NCBI GenBank assembly: GCA_030704615.1
Contig: CM060734.1
Coordinates: 24,614,001-24,678,000 of the forward strand
Direction: 5' to 3'
Length of the DNA stretch: 64,000 nucleotides
Source: Takakia lepidozioides
Lineage: Eukaryota > Plantae > Bryophyta
The notes below the pieces were generated by a model, which was not told the DNA's origin, ran no database searches, and saw only the letters and a program-made list of their open reading frames with translations. Made by a program: the position numbers and the translations under genes. This document shows positions 25,460 to 37,500 of the stretch, piece after piece. Each line of letters starts with the position of its first letter. Positions within the stretch are counted from its first letter, which is position 1.

Positions 25460-25876
25460 TCTCGTTTAAGTCCTCAGCCCCCTCACTGCGACTTACGGAG
25501 CTCACAACCCGAGCTCCCTATCAATTGTCCTGCTCGCAATTCGACTCGTGTCATTGTAATTTCAAAATAGTGCCATATGGGTTACAATTGAAAAAAATGT
25601 CCCCGGGGGATCCAACCCGCAGTCGTCAACACGACTGCAAATTTCATTAATATAAAAAATATGTTTTTCCGATTTTTGGAAATCAGCCTATAAATCGGCG
25701 TGAAACCCGGAGTTCACTTCTGCGACTTGTATACTCCATCCTTTACGCCAGCGTGGCATAAAAACGACTGCGACAACTGGCGAGTCGTCATTCACAACCT
25801 GGAGTCCCACGCGCAGTCGTTTCGGACAAAATCGCAACCGCGAGTCGGGTGCGAAAATCACCTATTCCTTGTAGTG
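25460..25876 (-). mobile_element. CACTA transposon terminus
   Basis: Ends ...CCTATTCCTTGTAGTG (CACTACAAGG on the minus strand) with many subterminal CGACT/AGTCG repeats. The other end was not found. Confidence 0.75.
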
Positions 25877-27039
25877 TGAGAAGCACCTTTAGTTGGGGCA
25901 TGGAGGTGATGGGACGTAGCTACGGCGCGAGCCTAGCCACGTGAGCCCAGGAGCTCGGCTCACGCTTTGCCCTCTAAGCGTGAGCCCAGGGTTTAGAGGA
26001 AGGAGAAGCAAGTCCTATAACCGAGGACAAGGTTTAGAGGGGGTCCAATTACCGTGGAAGCGTGTATTTTGGAAGAAGATGTGAATACGGCAAAACTTCC
26101 AAACACGGCAAACATGACAAACACGGCAATATGAGTCCCCTTTAGAAGCACGATGATCCCACAGCCCTACTTCATCAACCCCAAGCACTCCCATCCCAAG
26201 CATTTTACGCAGTTGTTCCCACCCTCCACCAGCCCTGGTAAGCGTTCCACCTTGAAGACGAGCCCCAAGCCGCGATCCCACCTGGCCCCACTCTCACCAA
26301 GCCCCAACCTTCTTTGGTCACTGTTCCTATAAATATACTCCTGCAGCAGCCACACCCACTAGTAAGTTGCTTTTGGACCCAACGACAATAGTAGAACTAT
26401 CTAGAAAGTAGAACTCTCTAGAAAGTCAACTAGTGAATTAGGGATGATGACTTAGTCATGACTAACTTTTAGAGTCCCGCTATCTTTCCAGCTAGCCCCT
26501 CTTACTTTGTCCTTTTCTCTGGACTCGCCTCCGCTATTCTATCCCCTCCTGTGAGTTAGCTACGATCGCCGCCATGGCCAATCTCTCTGTTCGCTACGCT
26601 ACTGCGCAGCGGCTCTCCCACGCTGTCTGCAAGTGCCACTCTCCTCTTTACCTCCTCTCTCTTGCGCTTCTCCTAAGCCTAACCTTGTTTGATTCCATGG
26701 AGTTTTACAGTTTTAAGACAAAAAATTGTGTTTTCGCTCGTTGCACAGACTATTGCTATGAGAACCCCCCTCTACTCAGGTGGTCGTATACGGTTCAACG
26801 CTGTTCTTCTGCAGATCGACAATTTCACCACTTTCACTAAGAACCTCTCATTTCATGAAGAAGCGCCCATTCAGCCTCTATAACGGCCCTATCATCATGT
26901 TGAAGCTCCCACCTGCACAAGTTGCCTATCTGCGAATAACAGGCTACCCTCCAGTGGCTTACCGCCCGCATTGGGCCCAAGAGATCCTACTCGAGCTTTG
27001 CACATAAATGTTAACTTTGGGCAATTGGCTATACCAACT

Positions 27040-27286
27040 TTGGCCCGCGAGTAGCGGTTCTGGACCTAGCTGGCGGGTCCGGGTCCGGGTCCGGTTCTAG
27101 GCTCATGTTAAAAATGAACCCGGATCAGGGTCCGAGTTTTTGGTGATGGCACGGGTCCGGATCCGGATAGGTGAACCCGGGTCAGGGTCTGAGTTTTTGG
27201 TGATGGCACGGGTCCAGATCCGGATAGGTAACCCGGACCCTAACCCGCCGGGTACCCGGGGTCAAATCCGGACCCGCACAACACTG
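27040..27286 (-). mobile_element. One end of a hAT MITE (same family as 53069-54002)
   Basis: Ends CACAACACTG; its GGGTCCGG repeats are reverse-complementary to 53069-53260. Confidence 0.8.
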
Positions 27287-27288
27287 TC

Positions 27289-27524
27289 GTTGATGTCGTT
27301 GATGATCATCATGAAATCATGATCATGAAGAAATTGAGTGCGTTGATGCACTCAATTCTCCGCGGGGGGGGGGGGGGGGGGGGGGGGAACAAAAAAAAAA
27401 CAAGATTTTTTTTTTTTTTTTTTGCCTTCCCCCCCCCCAAACCCCCTGCGCGGAGAACTGAGTCTATCAACGCACTCAATTTCTTCAAGATCATGATTTC
27501 ATGATGATCATCGACGACATCTAC
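27289..27524. repeat. Long near-perfect inverted repeat (foldback)
   Basis: Arms of about 75 bp of complex sequence followed by poly-G/poly-A paired with poly-T/poly-C. Confidence 0.92.
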
Positions 27525-28374
27525 CCAAATGCCGGGAAAAAATAAAAAAATTCTCTTAATGTTTTTTTTTTTTTTTTTGAATTCTCATGTGCCTGACGCC
27601 CGCTTAATTCCCAGCCATGTTTCCCTCTATGAACATGGCAGTTCGCTAAGGGTTAGGGTTAGGGTTGGAGTTACAATTTGCAGTGTTTCCCCGGTTTGCC
27701 GTGTTTCCGCGGTAGTGACGTCAGCTTAATTCTCAGCCTGTTTCCCTGCATGAACATGACAGTTCGCTAAGGGTTAGGGTTAGGGTTTTCCGTATTTCCG
27801 CAGTAATGGGTGCTCATCCGCGGAAATACACCCTGCATCTTCCCCCATTCTCGTGCCACGTGGACTGGGCTCACAGGCTCCTGGGCTCGCATGGCTAGGC
27901 TCACACTCTAGCATTCCCCGGAGGTGATGGTGTCGATTGGATGCCGTATTAACAAAGGTAGCATTATAAAGCCCAGCCTGATACGTCGCATTCTGAAATA
28001 GGGAGGGGGGGAGGGGGGGGGGGAGAACTTCCACCCGCGTGTTGTGACCTTGTCGTTCTCTGAGAGCTGAAGGACTGAGACCCGCTCGGTGTGCCCGCAA
28101 GGGGCGGTGGTAGTCTTGAACGTCTTGAGAGAGGAACTGGAGAGTAAAAACAACTCAGAAAGCATCAATAGAGAGCTTAGAAGGACCGTCTTGAAGCGCT
28201 GGTTTGATATGTTGGCACGGCCCGGAAGAGAGCGAGGAAAACTCCTCGAAGAAGCACGAGAGACAGGAGCTGAAGCCATGGCGGCGACCATGGTGGCGAT
28301 CATGGTTAAACTTAGAGACCCTGATAAGATAGTGGAACCGCTGGAGAAATACGAAATTAACATGTAAAGGTTAA

Positions 28375-29846
28375 AAAATATAGCGGAACCCTAGGGAGTA
28401 GGTCATGATTAGCGAGTTTGGCTATGGTAATGGCAAGAGGGCGGAGCTCCGCCCTCTCTTTGATGTGTACTGGAACATACCGAATGACATTTATTTCTGT
28501 AGCTGCATCATCAACTATGAAGGCATTTGGGCGCCACTGTGGTGTACATGATAATAGGCTGTTCCACAAGGCTGCCATCCGAGGTACAAGATCTGTGGTG
28601 CGATTCCTTGCAGAGATAATGTAGGCCACTTGGATGCCATTCAACCATGTGTCAAATACCATCAACATGTAGAGAAGAAACTGCATAAGAAAACAACATA
28701 AAAATTAATAATGAGTTGTAGATACAAGACGAGATGAGACCACCAAAAAAATACATTACATATGAACAACAACTTCAAGTTCAAATTCAAAATAAAAATT
28801 TGTCCCACCTTATGATGATTTGTTCCAACTGTAGCATCGCAAGACACAATTCTTGCATGCCCTAGTTCCAACATTTTTTCCTTTTGCCATGGGGTCTGTA
28901 TCCAATGGTGAATGTCAAATCACCATCGAAATGCTCATAAGTATATGGCAAAAAATTCTTCTCGGTAGAATAACACAGAATCAGGGTGTTGATCCTTCCA
29001 CATTTGAACACTTTCTGCATCGTTCTCATGTCTCTTGAATGTAGTCCAAGCACGCTTTTTGGCGAGATTTCTGACATCTTTTTAGGTCATCTCTCTTTGG
29101 TCCTTCCCCTAAAGAAGTGTGTGTCATGACATATTCTTTGTGCTCTTGCAGGCTTTGAGGAACGGAAGACTCTCGGTATAAACACTCCATTATCCACTAC
29201 TTGAGTTCCTCACTGATATGGGAAGCAAAGACATATTGAGCGTTGCAAAAATCACTTGACAATGCCCCATGATATAATTTTCCAGCTGCATCAACATGCA
29301 TCTTATTGTAATATGTGATGACAACAATGTCAGACATTAAATAACTTCTTTGCACTTTGAAAGAGCAAAGACATCCACGCCTATAGGATTCACCATATTC
29401 AATCTTTTTCCGTCTTATTCTTTTCCAGTGTGTCTCAGCAGTTCTTGTCTCATGAATTACGTTCTCATGAGGATCCTTCACGGGTAGTATGTTCTTCCGC
29501 TTGTCTTGTGGGCCATAACAACAATGATACTTGGACATAGCTGTTCGATTTGATATTTTGTATAACTTGTGATAGCATAACAACATAGTATGAGAAACAT
29601 CTATATGAAGTATAATAGACAATGCAAACACAATGAATAACAAGGACGTCACATATCAAACAACAATGAAATGGATGCACATATGATGGTGGTAAGGAAG
29701 GTATTTGCTTTGGGAGTTGCTCGACTCCCTTCTTCAAGGTCTGTTTGAGATTGAATGTAAAATTGAGTGGGGGCCTCAACCCTAGACTCCTCCCCTTGCA
29801 CAAAGTCTATCACACGTCCCCAAGGTACATATGTTTTTTCACTCAT
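28375..29846 (-). pseudogene. Mutator (MULE) transposase, spliced, degraded and 3' truncated
   Basis: YHCCYGPQD, RRGCLCSF, SCDATVGTN, LMVFDTWLNGIQVAYII and PNAFIVDDA motifs in separate exon-like blocks. Confidence 0.8.
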
Positions 29847-30189
29847 AACCAACGTGTGTGGAGGGGATCCAGACCAACATTGTAGACCAACAACGCCCTG
29901 AAGACCGACGATAGTGGGTGGGGGGAAGGCCGGGCGGGTGGTTGGGGGGCGGGCCGGGCGGGTGGGGCTGGCGGGCCGTGGTGACCCCACAACGAGCGGG
30001 GAGGGCGAGGCGCACGGGATTCGCACGTGCAAATATAATACGCATCAATATATGAATCGAGACGTTTATTTTGCTTGTTTGTAGCGTCGTTGAGATCTCC
30101 CAAACCGCGGGCCCCCAGCCCCGGTGCTTGGTGCTGTTGGAGAGCCCTCGAGGAGGAGGGGTGCACCGGCTTAGTCTCATGATTCTTGG

Positions 30190-30730
30190 ACCAGGGGTGT
30201 GGAAGATGTGGAATTTCAAGTGCTTTGGGTCGCTGGAAATTCGGGAAAAATAGCAAAGTGGGCTTTCGTGGAGCTAGGATTGGCCCATCATGTGGCAAAT
30301 TTGGAAATTCAAGTGCTTTTGGTCGCTTGAAATTCGTGAAAAATAGCAAAATGGATATATCAATAGAGGAAGCCTCGACAAGGGAGATTGCAAAAATAGC
30401 AAAGTGGGCTTTCGGATTGCACTTGGACTTAGATGACATTGGACACTGGAGGTCGCACTTGGGCCCCTACATGGGAGAAGCACTTGGATACATAGGAGAT
30501 TGCACTTGGGCTTAGATTTCAATTCTTCACACATGGGCCTCGACGTAGGAGACATACTTGGATACATAGGGATTGCATTGAGACTTGATGACAGTGGACA
30601 CTTGGGCCAACGGCACAGGTCATAGTTGGATATATTATTCTTCACACATGGGCCTCGACATAAGACATAAGACGCATAGGGGATTGCACTTGGACTTAGA
30701 TGACACTGGACACTTGGGCCAACGACACAG
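30190..30730. repeat. Degenerate tandem duplications upstream of the MULE transposase
   Basis: Repeated AAAATAGCAAAGTGGGC and GATTGCACTTGGACTTAGATGACA units. Confidence 0.65.
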
Positions 30731-31291
30731 ACTACCCTAGTTAAAGATGTATAGACAAAGGCTTTGTGTCATACAATTAGCCTTTCTTTACTCTAAGGAG
30801 GAATAAAGAAAAATCAGTGTAAAAAATTAGTAAGCACCTGTTGTGCCCTTCCCACGTGTCATAGCTGAAAATTATTTTCATGATGTGCCTCCTCCCTCAT
30901 GTAACATCTCTGTTATTGAACAACTTATGAAAAATAAATGGATGAATTTTCAAATGTATGATGGATGAAAGTAGATTCCACTATTCACAAAAGAGGAGCC
31001 ATCCGCAACCAATCGCTTGTTGCTACCGGATCCTATGCAACATTCATTCTTAACGAATGCAAGATTGAAAGCATCTCCAGATTCTGTCTCCAGTGTTGGT
31101 TTCGTGCATTGTTTGGTTGGGCGCTCCTCCTCAACAATGTCTTTCTCTTCCTCATTGAAAGGATAGCTCCAAAGGGAGGTCTTCTCTTTGCAAGGGATAG
31201 TTGAGCATAACCCAATGGTTGTGCAACGTATTTGTTGTTCTTGTCACTCACAACAATTTGAACCCAGGATCCCCTGGTTATTGGGAACCGC

Positions 31292-31315
31292 TGGGCCCTG
31301 GATTTTGGCGGGAAA
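31292..31315. promoter_or_regulatory. Overlapping double E2F site plus a site-II (TGGGCC) motif
   Basis: TTTTGGCGGGAAA at 31303-31315 matches TTTSSCGS on both strands, about 245 bp upstream of the MCM-BP ATG. Confidence 0.8.
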
Positions 31316-31557
31316 CATGTGAGGTGGGGTTCCCTGCCTGCGCTCATCGTGCTCATCCCTCGCTCTCACAGATCGGCTCTTGCTCCGATCCATGCTTTTG
31401 ACGAAGAATCCGTGCATTGGTTCACTTCTTGGTTGCTGTCTCTCACGGTGCAAACTGCGTATTGTCCAGGCGTGGAGATCTTGCGTCTGTTCCGAAATTA
31501 GGTGTTTTGTCACTTGAATTGGAGTTGTTTCTAATATCGGGGGCGGCGGACACCGAG

Positions 31558-34500
31558 ATGGGAGGACCACCAGTCGACTGTCTGGGGAATCCCCTTGGGG
31601 CCGTCAGGGTTTTGTTTGAGAGAGCCTGCGGGGCTGCAGCATCTTCTGCAGATTTGACGCGATCAGATTGGGGTGTGAAGGAGCTCTTTGGCAACTGCCT
31701 GTATCGAGACAACGGTTTCATGCAGGTTCTCCCTCATTGCTGGCTAATTGTGTCTTGTTTGTGATCCGGATTTGTCACTAGTGCAACGCCAGCCAGATCT
31801 ATCATCCCAGACCTGGATTGTATCCACATTGGACAATCGACTGCAGTGTATTGCGTTATCTCGGAACACCTATCAGTTGTTCTTGAAGGGTGGGCCAAAA
31901 CGCAAGTGGGTAACTCAAAATCACTTGATTGGAGGGTATATTGTTGTGGTGGTAAAGTGTCCTGACCTTTGAAAGTGGGATGTTGGACATTTTGTATACA
32001 GGTGCCTGAGATCAACTCAGTGCAACTAGACTCAATTCCAGTCAATTCACTTGTCCGCTTTCGTGGCATGGTAACACTGTTTCCTGGCAATTACCCAGAA
32101 TTTCATGAGTTTTGATTGTAGAAGTAATCGGATACCGTTATGCCAGCCATCTGGTGGGTAGCCAATTTTCAGTGAGTCGGTTTCATTAGAGAAGTTTAAA
32201 GAGAGTGTTTTGGAATTGTGGCTGTGAATCCTTCAGGCTCACCTTCTCTATGGAGAGCTTAGCCGAAACTGAGTTCTGTGGTCTTGTGTTTGTGTGCATA
32301 AATTATGTTTATGGCAAGTTGGTCTTCAAGCACGTCTGAAGAAGCTGATTTAGTTTTAGCCCGTCATAAACCTCCTCAACCACCTATCGATGCTTTTAAA
32401 GTTCCCGTTTGATGACAGGAGGGGTGGAAATGGAGGGTGGGAGTTGACTTTTGTCTGTCCTGGTTTCCTTGTAACTTAGTATTGAACTCCCCTGACTCCC
32501 TGAGTTCTTGAAAGTATTTCACTTTGACTCTTCCTGTGCAGGTGCAAGACATGTTTGATGTTGAGTACTATGTCGGGGCTTACAAGGTGGGCACCTTTGA
32601 CCTCATGTTTTACTTTGTCCAAACAAGTTCTCCACAGACTCATCAGAAGAGAACTTATGGAAATACATGTCAGGAGAACTTGGAAGCTACCCACTCTCAC
32701 AACAAATCTCCATTTCTATCGGGAGACATTCTTGGTTCTCCGTGACGATAGAATCTTGTGCCCCAATTACCTTTCGATGCCTTTATCTCCCTCCCTCCTC
32801 AGGGCATTGGGGCGGTTCAGGGTGGGCTCCCACAGTCTATGGATAGAGACTGGTAGGTGGGAAAACCTGCAATGGGAGGATCACCTATGCCCAGCGTGCA
32901 CCGGGCGCAACCAGGAAATCGAAACTGAAGAACACTTCTTCTTTTATTGCCCTCTATACTATGAGATCCATTGGAGATTCAACTGTCTATTCCGTGGAAC
33001 CCAATCTCTCACTGACGTCTTCCATTATGAGGATCAGAAATGCTTGGCAGCTTATCTGCATGAGGCCTTGGCCCTTAGGCAATCCCTGGAGTTTGGGCTG
33101 TTTTTTGGCTCTGGTTTTGTTTCCTCTCTCTTGTTTTTTCCCATTTTTTCCCATAAGCTCTGTGAGCTTTCCGCGGACGTTATAAAGTACCATTTCATTT
33201 CATTTCATTTCAGCTTATCTGCATGAGGCCTTGACCCTTAGGCAATCCCTTGAGCAATAGTTGCTTTTGGGCTGCGGTTTTGTCCCTTTTGTCCCATAAG
33301 CTCTTTGAGCTTTCCGCGGACGTTATAAAGTACCATTTCATTTCATTTCCTTCAGAAATGCTTGGCAGCTCACCTGCATGAAGGATCGACTCTTACACAA
33401 TCCCTTGAGCTATAGTTACTTTTGGGCTGCTTGTTGCCCCCCTCTCTTTCTTGTTTCTTTCTTCCTCTTGTCCCATCATCGTTTTGAGCTTCCCGCGGAC
33501 ATTATTAAGTACCATTTCATTTCATTTCATTTGTTCTTGTGTTCTTTCTTCCTTTCTTTTGGCTCTGGTTTTGTCTCCTCTCTCTTGTTTTTTTCCATTT
33601 TGTCCCATAAGCTTTCCGCGGACATTATAAAGTACCATTTCATTTCATTTCATTTCTTCCTCATGGACAACACTCTGAGTATCTAAGTTCCTTCCTGCAC
33701 AGGATCAAGGAGCATGGCACACAGTAAAGTACATGGATGTGGCAGACATACCCAGTAGACTAGAAGCAGAAGTTCAAATGTGGGACCGCCATCTTTTCTA
33801 CTGTGTCCCGGTGCGTCCTTGTGTATTTTTCACTTCATCCTGATATGATCTTCCACCACTTTCATGCTTCTAAAGTTTTCCACCTTCCTCTTGAAAATTA
33901 CGCTGCTAAATGTACATCTTTCATGGCAGGAAAAAGGTCTAGGAATTTTTGACTCAGGTAGACATATATTGTATGAAGCTTTTCCAGTTGTCAGCACAGA
34001 AATATACGGACCATTCAATATGTCCTACTATACTTCATTCAAGGAACTCTAACTTGGTTTCTCCTCTTGGTCATTGTCTGTAATCAAAACTTTCATGTGT
34101 CTAATCGCTCTGTTTCTGTCCAAACTGAGCGTGGGGGTTATGGCCACAAGGCTACGGCAAACAAAATCTTATCAGTACATCCTGAAATCAAAATTTATAG
34201 GCTGGACAAGTAAAATTGCTATACAGAATAAACATGTAATGTGCATGGAGGGGTTCTTCAGGTTCCAGGTGAGAATCTGTGGGTGAAAGAAGCATCATGT
34301 TCAGAAAACTGGCGTAGCCCAACAGTGCTTGCAAGCACCCCAGCCCTAGGCGAGAAACGACCACGCCAACATCCCCTTGGAATAGAAGGGGCTGAGGTAC
34401 TCTCATCTACAGTGTGCACCCGATTGACACAGTGAAAATAGCAATGAGCAATCATTGCTACATTGACTTGTTGTGGCATCCAAATATGAAACATAGTTCT

Positions 34501-37500
34501 CTTGCATGACCTAAACGCCAGTGTGTATCTCAGGATTTTGGAATTTCTCGCAATTGGCTACAGGATGTGGATGCAGATACATCCTCCTTAGGTGATGCGA
34601 TTGACTCAAAGCGTTTGGTGTGTACTCAATCTCTCTTGTCTCTTTCTCTTCCACAATCGGTCCTAGTCAATGGCAATGGAGGACTTGCTTCGTACATTGT
34701 AGCTACTCCCAAATCTTGGTTGGCCGATTATAACATTGCCGAAGCTTGACCAGTTGAGGGTCTTTTGACTCCCGACCTGGACCCATCTGAAAGGTTGGTG
34801 GTAGTAGCCTCCGAGTAGCATTGGAATAGGAAAGTTGCAGCACAAAGATTCCTGTGCACTCTATTCTTCCTCATGTTTGTTCTTATGGCTATTATTTTGA
34901 TTAAAGTATTCCTATTTGCAAAGAGTAGTATGTTGACCTTTGTATGCAGATGAAGACACTGTATAATAATTCTTTGTTGGTGCGCGTCCAGAGAGATGGG
35001 AGTACAACTGCGGCCAGGACCATACTGGATGTAGTGCCTTACATGGACCTCAACATGCCCCTTAATTCCGGTGGAGAGCACAAGCTTGTTCCATGCCTCG
35101 TTAAGGTCCTCTCTCTCTCTCTCTCTGCTTTCCGCGGACGTTATAAAGCACCATTTCATTTCTCTCTCTCTCTGCCCAAACTGGGTGCGGGGTCTATGGC
35201 CACAAGGCTATGGCAAAGAACGTCTTATGAGTACATTCTCTCTCTCTCTGCCCCCTTTCTGATACATTGTCCGGGATATTCTCACAGGAGAGTGACCCTC
35301 TTCAGGACAATCACGAACATTGTCCCTGCACTGCTGTTCCTCAAAATCTTGAGGCTGAGCCTAAAGTCCTGGCCGTGGTGGGGTCTAATTGCTGGGCAGC
35401 TCACACACAGCAAGTGGACGCTTGTGTGAAGGGCTTTCTAGAGGGTATCTGGAAAACCCAAACTAATTGCCTTTATCAAGGTAAGTCACACTACTGGAAT
35501 GAGCCCCTCACAAAGGTAGTGTCTGTTCCCTCTCGTTCTGCCCAAACTGAGCACGGGGTCTATGGCCACAGGGCTACGGCAAACAACGCCTCATGAGTAC
35601 ATTCTCTCTCGCTCTCTCTCCCCCTATCACAAAGTCAGGCATAAAGCTTCCCTGAAATTTGCTTCCAGTTTGTTAAATGGGTGAGGACCTTACAGATGAT
35701 CTGATGGGCCTACCTACCCTCGCACTAGACTGAAATTAAACTCAGGGCAGGGAGTCTTCCTAGGTTGTCAATGCCCGATGTGCAGGCAACCTGAAGACAA
35801 GATCCGTTTTCTGGTACAATGTCTGGTGTATACTTATCAGAGATCGACCCTCTTCAGGACCATCGAGACATAGTACCTGCACCTCTGTTCAACCACTGTC
35901 AAAATCTTGCGGCTGAGCCTAAAGCCCTGGCCCTGTTGTGGTTTAATTGCTGGGCAGCTCACACACAGTAGATTGATGCTTGTGTGAAGGGCTTTCTAGA
36001 GGAAATCTGGAAAGTCCGAACTGATTGTCTATATCAAGGTAAGTCCCACCATTGGAGTGAGCCCCTCACAAAGGTAGTGTCTGTTCCCTCCGATTCTGCC
36101 CAAACTGGGCGCGAGGTCTATGGTCACAAGGCTAGGGCAAACAATATCTTATGAGTACATTTTCTCTCCCATTGAATGTCAGGTTGATTTGATCTGTGGT
36201 CCTAAAGTGTTGTTCTACTGCGTCCCATGGGCCCTTTTCGGCTTCTCTCCTATACCTAGAGATCAGAGGCAGACGTTACTGTCTCTTGAGAGAATCCTCA
36301 TAATTTGCAGGTCCTTCAGTTCTGAGGACCCGCAGTGCTCACATGAGGCACTCCAACTCTGAACGTTGCTAGGAGATTTTTGATACGTTCTTTATAGTGA
36401 CCCGTAGGCCCTCTGGACTCGAGTAGAAGTAGCAATTTTTTGTTCTCCTCTCCATTCATCAGTTTGCATTTACAGGCAATGCTTCCCTACTGACCAGCCC
36501 TTTCTTTTTCATTTATGAAGTTTCACAGACATGGCTACAGTCAGCAGGCTCCTTGAAACTGAATTGGCGATTATATTCAAATTTTTTGGTGCAACAGCTG
36601 GCAACAATACTTAAATTCAGGTTGAGTTTTGGTGAAGTGTAAAACCAAATAGGCATAAAAAAAGAAAAAAGGGTAATAGGTAATATAGGTAATATGGACA
36701 ATCCAACTCCAATATGGACAATATTGGACAATCCAACTGGTGGATTGGACAATCATATTGGACAATCCAACTCCACCTTCTTATTGTCCATATCAAATAG
36801 GTTGCATTGGCGATATCTAGCGGTGTACCTGTATAGATCTGGCTATAGTTACAAAATTGAGATCCGAAAATGAAGGCGCCAAGCCTATTTGATAATGAAG
36901 CGTTTTGGCACCGTGTCCCTATGTACAGAGTTGTAGCTGGCTCCAACAAAGTATTTTCATCCCATATTTCTATATTACTATTTCAACACCATATTTTATT
37001 TGTGGCTTTTTGGCTATTTTTTTCCTAAAAAAAAGGGCTGCACTGACAGTACGGTCATTCCATTAGTTGAGAATGCGTTCTGAAGAATGTGTTAAGAACC
37101 TGACTGAAAAGTTCTGGAATTTCACATACAAGGTAGTTGCACGCCTGTAGCCTAATGATATCTTTGCAGGTGTATGATGGTGCAGATGCAGACCTCAAAC
37201 TGAATGATGTAGTGGAGTTTTATGGGGTCTTCACGTTTGATCCAGAGCTGTCCACCGGTGGCTTCTCCCAGATGGTGGATTCAGTCAATGAAAATGATGC
37301 CGTGGGCTCTGCTTTCATTGAAGAACATATCTCCATTCGGCTACCTGCTAGCAAGGTGTGTATGTGGGGCGAGGTAGAGACTTGCTATTATCAGACTTTG
37401 TGTGCTATAGCCTTGTGGCCATAGCCATGTGCAAGGTTTGGGCAGAGCTGAAAAGGAGTGAGAATGATATATCTTCGGAAAGAAAACTCCATTAAGAGAG

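Larger units (their letters stand above)
25911..27919. mobile_element. Non-autonomous Mutator-like element
   Basis: 9-bp TSD GGAGGTGAT (25902-25910 and 27920-27928) and imperfect GGG-starting TIRs sharing GAGCCTAGCCAYGYGAGCCCAGGAGC. Confidence 0.88.

Noticed and set aside
27648-27790. (TTAGGG)2-3 repeats as telomere or interstitial telomere
   Set aside because: Only two or three units, inside a Mutator subterminal duplication; too short to support a telomeric origin.
31200-31300. tRNA-like A/B boxes on the minus strand in the MCM-BP promoter
   Set aside because: The spacing is short and no cloverleaf forms; too degenerate to call.
33160-36160. Regularly recurring short repeats as a CRISPR-like array
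   Set aside because: Eukaryotic context; the repeats are LINE 3' tails and the spacers are LINE fragments.
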